The notes beneath the pieces were generated by a model. The model worked only from the letters and a program-made list of their open reading frames with translations. It did not search any database and had not been told where the DNA came from. A stretch of DNA of 24,000 nt. It comes from Tessaracoccus sp. MC1865 (GTDB lineage Bacteria; Actinomycetota; Actinomycetes; Propionibacteriales; Propionibacteriaceae). The stretch spans positions 2,115,614-2,139,613 of the forward strand of contig NZ_CP072596.1 in NCBI RefSeq assembly GCF_017815535.1. Reading direction: 5' to 3'. Of the stretch, positions 17,097 to 24,000 are shown piece by piece (position 1 is the first letter of the stretch; each line of letters begins with the position of its first letter). The position numbers were made by a program, and so were the translations under genes.

Positions 17097-18059
17097 TCAG
17101 TACGTGGTGGCGGCTTCGTCGATGACTGCCTTGGGGATGGTCACGCCCATCCGCTCAGCGGCGGCGGGGTTGACCACGGTCTCCAGGGATTCCTGCAGCT
17201 GGACGCTGGTGTCGCCCGGCTCCCCTCCCTTGAGGAGTTCGACGATCATCTTGGCTGTCTGCAGACCCTGCGCCTTGTAGTCGGTCGAGAGTGCCGCGGC
17301 CGCGCCGCGCTCCACCGAATCAGGATCCGAGCTGACCAGCAGGGACTGCTTCTGTTCGGCCACCTGCACCATGGACTCCATCGCCGAGACGACGGTGTTG
17401 TCGACGAGCGTGAAATAGGCGTCGACGTCCAGCGACTCAGCGGCCTGCTGCACCTCGGAGGAGTTCTGGATGGTGACGGTCTTGACCTCGACCCCGAGTT
17501 CCCTGCCCGCCTCCATGGCCTTCTCGGCCTGCACCTGGGCGTTGACCTCGGAGGCCGAGTAGACGATCCCCACGGATTCGACGGTGGGGTCGATGTCGAG
17601 GATCAGCTTCAACTGCTGGTCGGTGGGCAACTGGTCGGAAGTGCCCGTGACGTTGCCGCCCGGCTTCTCCATCGAATCCACCAGGCCCGCGGCGACCGGA
17701 TCCGTCACGGACGCGAACACGATGGGCCGGTCCTGGATCACCTGCGCCATGGCCTGGGCCGGCGGCGTGGCGATCGCCACGAACAGGTCGTGCTTGGAGG
17801 CGGCGTAGGTGTTGGCGATGTTGGTCAGAGTGGCCTGGTCGCCCTGGGGATTCTGGAACTCGAGGGTGAGGTTCTCCCCCTCGACGTAACCTGCCTCGGC
17901 GAGGCCCTCCTTCACGCCCTCCCAGATGAGGTCCAGCGACGGGTGGGAAACGATGGTCACTCCACCGATCGACACCTCGTCCGGGGCGCTCTGTTGCGCG
18001 CCGCAGCCAGTGAGCAGCAGGGCGGCGACAGCCGCACCTGCAAGAACTCGTCGCAGCAT
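17097..18059 (-). CDS. ABC transporter substrate-binding lipoprotein (PF04392 type), copy 2, paralogue of 16054..17019
   Basis: The start is ATG 18059 (MLRRVLAGAAVAALLLTGCG, with lipobox), preceded by GAGGAGAG. By eye, roughly half of positions are identical to copy 1 (VSHP.LD, GY.EGENLT, QGDQ.TLT.IANT, VTDPVAAGL, SEVQQAAESLDVDAY, DNTVVSA, VQVAEQK). The track start at 18257 runs through the rplQ terminator into rplQ and I rejected it. Confidence 0.85.
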   Translation of the reverse strand: MLRRVLAGAAVAALLLTGCGAQQSAPDEVSIGGVTIVSHPSLDLIWEGVKEGLAEAGYVEGENLTLEFQNPQGDQATLTNIANTYAASKHDLFVAIATPPAQAMAQVIQDRPIVFASVTDPVAAGLVDSMEKPGGNVTGTSDQLPTDQQLKLILDIDPTVESVGIVYSASEVNAQVQAEKAMEAGRELGVEVKTVTIQNSSEVQQAAESLDVDAYFTLVDNTVVSAMESMVQVAEQKQSLLVSSDPDSVERGAAAALSTDYKAQGLQTAKMIVELLKGGEPGDTSVQLQESLETVVNPAAAERMGVTIPKAVIDEAATTY

Positions 18060-18082
18060 CTGGTCTCTCCTCTGAACGGCCA

Positions 18083-18088
18083 AAACTA
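18083..18088 (-). promoter_or_regulatory. Possible -10 element for the ABC importer operon
   Basis: On the minus strand, TAGTTT lies between the rplQ terminator and the SD of the first binding-protein gene. There is no convincing -35. Motif match only. Confidence 0.25.
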
Positions 18089-18104
18089 ACGAAACCCTAG
18101 CGGT

Positions 18105-18138
18105 GAAACAGAAGGGGCCCCACGACGGGGGCCCCTTC
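18105..18138 (-). terminator. Intrinsic terminator of the rpmJ...rplQ operon
   Basis: The minus strand reads GAAGGGGCCCC-CGTCGT-GGGGCCCCTTC, an 11-bp perfect stem, followed by TGTTTC. It begins 9 nt after the rplQ stop. Confidence 0.65.
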
Positions 18139-18147
18139 CGGATGGTG

Positions 18148-18684
18148 TCACTTGGACTCTGCAGCGTCCTCGTCAGCAGCCGTCTCGTCGGCCGCGGCGG
18201 GCGACTCCTCGGTCTCGGCGACCTCGTCGGTTTCGGCGACCTCTTCAGTCTCCTCAACCTCTGCGGTCTCCTCGGCCTTGGGCTCCTCGGCCGGTGCGGC
18301 CTTGGGCGCCTTGGCCTTCGGGGCCACGGCCTCGGTGATCAGTTCGATCACTGCCATGGGGGCGTTGTCGCCCTTGCGGGGGCCGATCTTGGTGATGCGG
18401 GTGTAGCCACCGTTGCGGCCCTCGAAGGTGGGGGCGATCTCGTCGAAGAGACGACGCACGACGTCGACGTCGGTGACCGACTGCAGCACCAGGCGACGGT
18501 TGTGCAGGTCACCGCGCTTGGCCTTGCTGATCAGACGCTCGGCAACCGGCTGCAGCAGCCGGGCACGGGTCTCGGTGGTGGTGATTCGGCCGTGCTCGAA
18601 GAGCTGGGTGGCCAGGTTGCGCAGGATGTGGCGCTGATGGGTCGGGCTACCGCCCAGACGGGCACCCTTGGTCGGCTTAGGCAT
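18148..18684 (-). CDS. rplQ: 50S ribosomal protein bL17 with an Ala/Glu/Lys-rich C-terminal extension
   Basis: [41 protein letters not shown]...[24 protein letters not shown] is canonical L17. It is followed by a low-complexity acidic tail of about 60 aa. Confidence 0.93.
   Translation of the reverse strand: MPKPTKGARLGGSPTHQRHILRNLATQLFEHGRITTTETRARLLQPVAERLISKAKRGDLHNRRLVLQSVTDVDVVRRLFDEIAPTFEGRNGGYTRITKIGPRKGDNAPMAVIELITEAVAPKAKAPKAAPAEEPKAEETAEVEETEEVAETDEVAETEESPAAADETAADEDAAESK
18211..18246. repeat. Two tandem 18-nt units inside the rplQ tail
   Basis: GGTCTCGGCGACCTCGTC (18211..18228) and GGTTTCGGCGACCTCTTC (18229..18246) match at 16 of 18 positions. On the minus strand they encode the repeated (E/D)EVAET. 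Confidence 0.8.
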
Positions 18685-18720
18685 TGATCAATTCTCCAGT
18701 GTGAGTAGCGGTGTGGGCGG

Positions 18721-19743
18721 TCAGTACTGCTCGGTTTCGGCGAAGTCAGCGTCTTCGTCGTTGTCCTCGTCGTAGCGCTCGATGGCCTGCAGCGGGTCGA
18801 AGCCCGGGTGCGAGTCACGCAGCGACAGGCCGAGGTTGGCGAGGGTCTCGCGAACCTCGTCGATCGACTTGCTGCCGAAGTTGCGGATGTCGAGCAGATC
18901 CTCTTCGCTGCGGGCCACGAGCTCACCCACGGTGTGGATGCCCTCGCGCTTGAGGCAGTTGTAGGAGCGGACCGACAGTTCCAGATCCTCGACAGGGAGG
19001 TTCAACGACTCGGCGATCTGCTCGTCGACGGGCGACGGGCCGATCTCGATGCCTTCGGCGTCCACGTTCAGCTCGCGGGCAAGGCCGAACAGCTCGACGA
19101 GGGTGGTGCCGGCCGAAGCGACGGCGTCACGCGGCGTCATCGACGGCTTGGTCTCGACGTCGACGATGAGACGGTCGAAGTCGGTGCGCTGGGCGACGCG
19201 GGTGGCCTCGACCTTGTAGGTGACCTTGAGCACCGGCGAGTAGATGGAGTCGACCGGGATGCGGCCGATCTCTGAATCGGGATCCTTGTTCAGCACTGCG
19301 CTGACGTAGCCACGGCCGCGTTCGACAACGAGTTCCATCTCGAGCTTGCCGGTCTCGTTGAGAGTGGCGATGTGCAGCTCGGGGTTGTGGATCTCGACGC
19401 CTGCCGGGGGCTGGATGTCACCGGCGGTGACGGACCCGGCACCTGCCTTGCGGAGGTACATGACGACGGGCTCGTCCTCCTCCGAGGAGATCACGAGGCC
19501 CTTGAGGTTCAGGATGATCTCGGTGACGTCCTCGACGACGCCCTCCACCGTGGAGAACTCGTGCTGGTTGCCTTCGATCTTGATGCTGGTGACCGAGGCA
19601 CCCGGGATGGACGACAACAGGGTGCGACGCAGCGAGTTGCCGAGCGTGTAGCCGAAGCCGGGCTCGAGGGGCTCGATGACGAACCGGGACCGGTGGTCCG
19701 AGACAACCTCTTCCGTGAGGCCCGGGCGCTGTGCGATGAGCAT
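18721..19743 (-). CDS. rpoA: DNA-directed RNA polymerase subunit alpha
   Basis: 340 aa. [48 protein letters not shown] and the C-terminal domain [23 protein letters not shown] are canonical. Confidence 0.97.
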   Translation of the reverse strand: MLIAQRPGLTEEVVSDHRSRFVIEPLEPGFGYTLGNSLRRTLLSSIPGASVTSIKIEGNQHEFSTVEGVVEDVTEIILNLKGLVISSEEDEPVVMYLRKAGAGSVTAGDIQPPAGVEIHNPELHIATLNETGKLEMELVVERGRGYVSAVLNKDPDSEIGRIPVDSIYSPVLKVTYKVEATRVAQRTDFDRLIVDVETKPSMTPRDAVASAGTTLVELFGLARELNVDAEGIEIGPSPVDEQIAESLNLPVEDLELSVRSYNCLKREGIHTVGELVARSEEDLLDIRNFGSKSIDEVRETLANLGLSLRDSHPGFDPLQAIERYDEDNDEDADFAETEQY

Positions 19744-19869
19744 GGTGTTTCCTCCCCGCGCCGACCGCTATATGAGGGCGCGAAATAGTGCTGAGCCCGA
19801 CCGTCGGGCCCAGCGCCCCGCCCGGAGCGAGCCGGACGGGGCGGTGGTGGGGCACAAGGCCCCGACGGA

Positions 19870-20475
19870 TCACTTCGAGTAGAGCTCGACGATCATCTGC
19901 TCCTGGACATCGACCACGATCTGCTCGCGGACGGGGAGCTGGTGCACGAGGATGCGCATCCGGTTGGGACGAGCCTCCAGCCATGCGGGAACCGAACGCT
20001 CGCCGTGCGTCTCACGGGCGATGACGAACGGGGTCAGGTTCAGCGACTTCTCAGCCACGTCGATGATGTCCTTGGCGCGGACACGGTACGACGGGATGTT
20101 GACGCGCCCACCGTTGACCAGGAAGTGGCCGTGGACGACGAGCTGACGGGCCTGACGACGCGTCGAAGCGAAGCCGGAGCGGTACACGACGTTGTCGAGA
20201 CGCGACTCCAGGATCTGCAGCAGGCGGTCACCGGTCTTGCCGGGGTGACGGTCGGCTTCTTCGTAGTAGCGACGGAACTGCTTCTCGAGGACGCCGTAAG
20301 CGAAGCGCGCCTTCTGCTTCTCACGAAGCTGCAGCGAGTATTCGGAGTCCTTCGTGCGACCGCGGCCGTGCTGACCCGGAGGGTACGGACGACGCTCGAA
20401 GGCCTTGTCGTTGCCGACAAGGTCAGTCCCGAGTCGACGGGACTTCTTGGTGATCGGGCCGGTATAACGAGCCAT
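19870..20475 (-). CDS. rpsD: 30S ribosomal protein uS4
   Basis: MARYTGPITKKSRRLGTDL...YSLQLREKQKARFAYGVLEKQFRRYY...LESRLDNVVYRSGFA is canonical S4. 201 aa. Confidence 0.97.
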   Translation of the reverse strand: MARYTGPITKKSRRLGTDLVGNDKAFERRPYPPGQHGRGRTKDSEYSLQLREKQKARFAYGVLEKQFRRYYEEADRHPGKTGDRLLQILESRLDNVVYRSGFASTRRQARQLVVHGHFLVNGGRVNIPSYRVRAKDIIDVAEKSLNLTPFVIARETHGERSVPAWLEARPNRMRILVHQLPVREQIVVDVQEQMIVELYSK

Positions 20476-20507
20476 AATGTATTAGTCCTATTCTCTCTCG
20501 GGCCGGA

Positions 20508-20915
20508 TCAGACGCGACGGCGCTTCGGCGGACGGCAGCCGTTGTGCGGTGTGGGGGTCACGTCGGAAATGGCGCCGACCTCCAGGCCGACGGCACCGAG
20601 CGAACGGATAGCGGTCTCGCGGCCCGAGCCCGGGCCCTTGACGAACACGTCGACGCGCTTCATGCCGTGCTCCATGGCACGACGACCAGCGGCCTCGGCG
20701 GCCATCTGAGCGGCGAACGGGGTCGACTTACGCGAGCCCTTGAAGCCGACGGTGCCGGCGGAGGCCCACGAAATCACATTGCCCGTGGGGTCGGTGATCG
20801 AGATGATGGTGTTGTTGAAGGTGCTCTTGATGTGCGCCTGACCGGCGAGCACGTTCTTCTTTTCCTTGCGGCGGCCCTTGGTCTTGGCGCCGGCCTTGCG
20901 GCTTGCAGTAGCCAT
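20508..20915 (-). CDS. rpsK: 30S ribosomal protein uS11
   Basis: [30 protein letters not shown]...[12 protein letters not shown]...[18 protein letters not shown] is canonical S11. Confidence 0.97.
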   Translation of the reverse strand: MATASRKAGAKTKGRRKEKKNVLAGQAHIKSTFNNTIISITDPTGNVISWASAGTVGFKGSRKSTPFAAQMAAEAAGRRAMEHGMKRVDVFVKGPGSGRETAIRSLGAVGLEVGAISDVTPTPHNGCRPPKRRRV

Positions 20916-20965
20916 ATGTTCTTAAGTCTCCTTGAGTCCTTGAGAGGAGGCGCTCGACCCGGAGG

Positions 20966-21340
20966 TCAGCGTGCCTTCTTCTTGCCAGCGACGGCCTTCT
21001 TCTTGCCCTTGCGGGTGCGGGCATTGGTGCGGGTGCGCTGACCACGAACCGGAAGGCCGCTGCGGTGGCGACGGCCCTGGTAGTTACCGATCTCGACCTT
21101 GCGGCGGATGTCGGCGGCAGTGCTACGACGGAGGTCACCCTCGATCTCGTAGCTGCCTTCGATGTGGTCGCGCAGCGCGACGAGCTGGTCGTCGGTCAGC
21201 TGGTGGACGCGGAGATCGCCGGAGACCCCAGTCGCGGCGAGGGTTTCGGCGGCGCGGGTACGGCCGATGCCGAAGATGTAGGTGAGTGCGACCTCGAGGC
21301 GCTTTTCGCGCGGCAGGTCAACACCAACTAGGCGTGCCAT
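20966..21340 (-). CDS. rpsM: 30S ribosomal protein uS13
   Basis: [30 protein letters not shown]...[28 protein letters not shown] is canonical S13. The start is ATG 21340, preceded by GGAAAGGAAA. The track start at 21439 has no support. Confidence 0.95.
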   Translation of the reverse strand: MARLVGVDLPREKRLEVALTYIFGIGRTRAAETLAATGVSGDLRVHQLTDDQLVALRDHIEGSYEIEGDLRRSTAADIRRKVEIGNYQGRRHRSGLPVRGQRTRTNARTRKGKKKAVAGKKKAR

Positions 21341-21531
21341 CAGGCGGTTTCCTTTCCTATGCGAAGGTGTGGGCGTGACGCGTCCCCGCCGCCTATGGCG
21401 CTCGGCTCGAGCACCGACGGGGCCTTGGCCTTCGTCCAAGGGTGGTCGATCCCGCTGGGGGATCTAGCTATCACGTTGTTTCAGTTGTCAGGCGGAACCA
21501 GGCCTGGGCCCTCGTCCGCGGTGGCCTGTGA

Positions 21532-21645
21532 TCAGCCCTGGCGCTGCTTATGGCGCGGGTTGTCGCAGATCACCATCACACGACCGTGCCGGCGGATGAC
21601 CTTGCACTTGTCGCAGATCTTCTTGACGCTCGGCTGAACCTTCAT
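21532..21645 (-). CDS. rpmJ: 50S ribosomal protein bL36
   Basis: [37 protein letters not shown] is 37 aa with the zinc-ribbon CxxC...C...H pattern. The in-frame upstream extension to 21750 in the track has no homology support. Confidence 0.95.
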
Positions 21646-21766
21646 TCGAGCAACCTTTTCAATCGGCGACTGGGAGCGCAGGGCGCGCCCAATCTTGCGG
21701 TGGATGAGCTTGGTCGAAGTGGCCACGGGCACGCGGGCGCGCACGGGCATTGACGACCGAGGAGCA

Positions 21767-21795
21767 ACTTTACGCTAGGCGTGCGTGGAAGGCAA
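21767..21795 (-). promoter_or_regulatory. Putative promoter of the rpmJ-rpsM-rpsK-rpsD-rpoA-rplQ operon
   Basis: On the minus strand, TTGCCT (21795..21790), a 17-nt spacer, then TAAAGT (21772..21767). It lies downstream of the infA terminator and would give a leader of about 115 nt before rpmJ. Motif match only. Confidence 0.35.
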
Positions 21796-21848
21796 AAGCA
21801 CGCCCACGGCCCACCTCGGTGCGGGCAGCTGAGCAACTCGCCGGTATC

Positions 21849-21891
21849 CAAAATAGAAAGCGCCGCCGGCCCACGGGGGACCAGGCAGCGC
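21849..21891 (-). terminator. Intrinsic terminator after infA
   Basis: On the minus strand, GCGCTGCC (21891..21884) pairs with GGCGGCGC (21867..21860), with one G.U pair. The intervening GGTCCCCCGTGGGCC can extend the helix. The hairpin is followed by TTTCTATTTT and begins 30 nt after the infA stop. Confidence 0.6.
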
Positions 21892-21920
21892 TCGAGAGGG
21901 TGCGGCACTAGCCGCAGGTC

Positions 21921-22142
21921 TCACTTGTGTCGGTAGACGATGCGGCCGCGGGTGAGGTCGTAGGGCGACAACTCCACGACGACGCGGTCCGACGGCAGGA
22001 TGCGGATGTAGTGCTGCCGCATCTTGCCACTGATCGTGGTCAACACCTTGTGGCCGTTGGCCAGTTCGACGCGGAACATCGCGTTGGGCAGGGCCTCGAC
22101 CACGGTGCCCTCGAGTTCGAGAGCTCCCTCTTTCTTCGCCAT
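21921..22142 (-). CDS. infA: Translation initiation factor IF-1
   Basis: [73 protein letters not shown] is canonical, 73 aa. The track start at 22421 has no support. Confidence 0.97.
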   Translation of the reverse strand: MAKKEGALELEGTVVEALPNAMFRVELANGHKVLTTISGKMRQHYIRILPSDRVVVELSPYDLTRGRIVYRHK

Positions 22143-22185
22143 AAACTCTCTTCTGTTCGCACCGGGCGCTCTGAGCGCGCGCCGG

Positions 22186-22191
22186 ATGATA
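22186..22191 (-). promoter_or_regulatory. Possible -10 element for infA
   Basis: On the minus strand, TATCAT lies about 44 nt upstream of the infA ATG. No clear -35 is present. Motif match only. Confidence 0.25.
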
Positions 22192-22258
22192 CTGCAATCG
22201 GCAAGTTTACGCCCACAGTGGCCGCTCGCCAAACGGCGGGCCACACCCGCCGCCCCAC

Positions 22259-22271
22259 TAGCCTGTCCCCA
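22259..22271 (+). promoter_or_regulatory. Candidate -10 element for a leaderless YciI-like gene
   Basis: TAGCCT (22259..22264) ends 7 nt upstream of the A of ATG 22271. No SD is present (the intervening sequence is GTCCCC). Confidence 0.3.
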
Positions 22272-22558
22272 TGGCATATTTCGCAGTCCGTTACAGCTAC
22301 TCCGACGACGCAGCCGAGCTCGACAGGGTGCGCCCCAGCCACCGGGAGTTCCTGACCTCCCTGGCTGCCGGCCCACTGGAGGCCAGTGGCCCGTTCGTCG
22401 GTGCCGCGCACCCCAGCGCAATGCTCCTCCTCAAGGCCGGATCCGCGGACGAGGTGGCGTCGGCCCTCGACGCCGACCCCTTCTGGGAGGCCGGCCTCAT
22501 CGCCGAGCGCCTCGTCGAGGAATGGAATCCCATCATCGGCGTGTTCGCGGACAACTGA
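22271..22558 (+). CDS. YciI-like (YCII domain) protein
   Basis: 95 aa. [13 protein letters not shown]...RPSHREFL...GPLEASGPF...DPFWEAGLI fits the YCII-related domain pattern. Confidence 0.7.
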   Translation: MAYFAVRYSYSDDAAELDRVRPSHREFLTSLAAGPLEASGPFVGAAHPSAMLLLKAGSADEVASALDADPFWEAGLIAERLVEEWNPIIGVFADN

Positions 22559-22627
22559 GTGGTCAGTTGACGCAGAACGCCGCGGGGGTCGCGATGCTCG
22601 CAGGCCAACTCTCCCCAGCAGGAACTC

Positions 22628-23548
22628 CTAGGCGACCTGGTCGTCCGGCACGGCCCAGGTGTTGCAGTCGTTCATGGTGGCCGCGTAGAGGCCCCGGGTG
22701 CCCCAGTACAGCAGCGACTCTCGTGAGCCGTGCACCCCGTCGGCACGCATCGTCTCGAGGCGCTCCATCCAGGACTCGTACTGTTCCTGCCCGAAGCTGA
22801 ACGCGCTGTTGTGCCGGGTCATCGCGGCGGACCAACAGGTGGCCTGCAGCTCCGCGCGCCGCTCCAGCACGGGGGTGTTGGCCAACGCAGTCTTGGCCCG
22901 GGTGATGCCTGCCAGGCTCTGCAGGTGGTGTCCGTACTCGTGGTTGACCATCTCGTTGACCGACAGGTCCCAGGTGCGCGCCATGTCGAAGTGCCGGGCA
23001 CCGAAGTGGACGCTGCCGCCCCCGGCCGAACAGTAGAACGCGGGCGCCTCCAGGTAGCCGCAGGCGCTGTCGTCACCCTCGCCGGCGAAGAACTGGACGC
23101 CCGGCGCCGTCGTCAGCCAGCCCAACTGCTGGAAGGTGGGCACCCAGGAGCGATGCACGCAGAACCACTGGTCGCGAACCGCAGCCTCCCACTCCGCCTC
23201 GTCGCGGACGGTCTTCGGGGTGGCGCAGTGTTCCAGCGTGGCCGGCGCCAGCGCGTTCAGGGTGGTGACCTGCGCGTCGTAGAGCGGCGACAACGGGTCT
23301 GGGCCCGGCAACGGCTCCCAGGTCTGCTCGGGCAGCTCCCACTCCCCCGGCCCGGCCCCCGGCGCTGGGACCTGCTCGCCCCCGGCAGGGGCTGGTCCGG
23401 CATCGGGAGCGCCCTCCAGGTTCATGCTGACGATGACGAGGGACAGCGACAGCACGAGCGTGGTGACCACAGCGACGAGCGTGGTGCGCCCCAACCGGAA
23501 TCGAGGCCTGGGCCGCCGGGGGCGGACGGTGTGGGATGAAGTGCGCAT
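22628..23548 (-). CDS. Membrane-anchored neutral zinc metallopeptidase (YpfJ / Zn_peptidase family)
   Basis: An N-terminal basic stretch plus a TM helix (RTTLVAVVTTLVLSLSLVIV). HEXXH is present in the context VNHEYGHHLQSL, typical of the family. The SD GGGGGAG lies upstream. Confidence 0.75.
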   Translation of the reverse strand: MRTSSHTVRPRRPRPRFRLGRTTLVAVVTTLVLSLSLVIVSMNLEGAPDAGPAPAGGEQVPAPGAGPGEWELPEQTWEPLPGPDPLSPLYDAQVTTLNALAPATLEHCATPKTVRDEAEWEAAVRDQWFCVHRSWVPTFQQLGWLTTAPGVQFFAGEGDDSACGYLEAPAFYCSAGGGSVHFGARHFDMARTWDLSVNEMVNHEYGHHLQSLAGITRAKTALANTPVLERRAELQATCWSAAMTRHNSAFSFGQEQYESWMERLETMRADGVHGSRESLLYWGTRGLYAATMNDCNTWAVPDDQVA

Positions 23549-23572
23549 CCGTCACTCCCCCCGTCGGCTGCA

Positions 23573-23584
23573 CTGCACGTGCAG
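23573..23584. repeat. Perfect 12-bp palindrome CTGCACGTGCAG in the DUF1707-metallopeptidase spacer
   Basis: Read directly from the sequence. It is self-complementary with a CACGTG core and lies within the 44-bp intergenic spacer. Confidence 0.9.
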
Positions 23585-23592
23585 GAAGTATC

Positions 23593-23964
23593 TCAGAAGA
23601 TCAGCACGAGCAGGATGATCAACACCGCTACCAGGGCCACGCCCACGACGCCCACCATCATCGCGGCGGGCACCAGGCTGCGCGACTGCGCGATCTGTCC
23701 TGCCGGAACCCCGCCCTGCTCCACGATGGCGGGCACTTGGGCAGCGGCTGCGGGCAGCTTCTCCATCACCGGGACCAGGTCGCCGAGGGTGCGCGCGTCG
23801 TAGACCACGTCCATGGCGGTCGAGTACTCGTCGTGGGTGAGACGTCCGTCGGCGAACGCATCGTTGAGCCGCTGGGTGATGGAGGCGCGCTCCGTCTCGT
23901 CGATGGGGTCGCCTGGGCGTTGCAGGTACTTCGAGCTCGGTGGCAGCGGCATGAGGACAATCAT
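23593..23964 (-). CDS. DUF1707 (SHOCT-like) domain protein with a C-terminal membrane anchor
   Basis: ERASITQRLNDAFADGRLTHDEYSTAMDVVYDARTLGDLVPVMEKLP fits the DUF1707 pattern (GRL..EF..R......A.T..DL..L..DLP). The C-terminal TM helix is LVPAAMMVGVVGVALVAVLIILLVLIF. The true start may be ATG 23952 (MPLPP). On the minus strand, TATGAT (23965..23960) ends 8 nt upstream of it, suggesting a leaderless mRNA. Confidence 0.75.
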   Translation of the reverse strand: MIVLMPLPPSSKYLQRPGDPIDETERASITQRLNDAFADGRLTHDEYSTAMDVVYDARTLGDLVPVMEKLPAAAAQVPAIVEQGGVPAGQIAQSRSLVPAAMMVGVVGVALVAVLIILLVLIF

Positions 23965-24000
23965 AGGCCGCTGAAGGAGCGGCTCAGTCGGACAGCGGGC

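Noticed and set aside
18060-18257. N-terminal extension of the second binding protein to 386 aa
   Set aside because: It would read through the rplQ terminator hairpin and into rplQ. A signal peptide with a lipobox and a strong SD begins at 18059.
21646-21908. In-frame 35-aa extension of rpmJ (to 21750) and an 88-aa minus-strand ORF in the infA-rpmJ spacer
   Set aside because: L36 is universally about 37-38 aa and MKVQPSVKK is its canonical start. The 88-aa frame is Cys/Pro/Leu-rich, lacks an SD, and spans the predicted terminator and promoter.

Overview
High-GC actinobacterial chromosome segment. The Fe/Mn superoxide dismutase resembles, from memory, the Propionibacterium-type enzyme, so a Propionibacteriales-like host is plausible but unproven. 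Most of the window is core housekeeping. At the left edge, on the minus strand, lie rplM-rpsI-glmM. On the right, also minus strand, lie infA, then rpmJ-rpsM-rpsK-rpsD-rpoA-rplQ. About 16 kb of mixed-orientation genes separates the two ribosomal blocks: a DUF2975 membrane protein plus small XRE/YozG-type HTH pair, an EF-G paralogue, coaBC head-to-head with an NRDE/TANGO2-family gene, yccF, an overlapping trmB-truA-methyltransferase operon, sodA, a GT4 / transglutaminase-like / AT3-SGNH acyltransferase operon, and a PF04392-type ABC importer with two tandem paralogous lipoprotein binding proteins. Right of infA lie a YciI-like protein, a YpfJ-type zinc metallopeptidase and a DUF1707 membrane protein. 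I found no tRNA, rRNA, CRISPR array, IS element, integrase, toxin-antitoxin pair or recognisable defence hallmark, and no obvious compositional island. I therefore cannot point to a clear novel multi-gene system. The best second-look candidates are: (1) the NRDE/TANGO2 gene sharing a 36-bp divergent spacer with an out-of-context coaBC; (2) the translationally coupled envelope operon, whose middle gene is a membrane-anchored transglutaminase/lasso-B2-like fold with Ser where the catalytic Cys is expected; (3) the DUF2975-HTH pair with a clear operator-like repeat array over its promoter; (4) an EF-G paralogue with degenerate G4/G5 motifs; (5) a recurrent TANNNT hexamer 7 nt upstream of start codons that implies leaderless mRNAs and refines several starts. 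Many long ORFs in the supplied track are antisense or off-frame artefacts of high GC content and were rejected.
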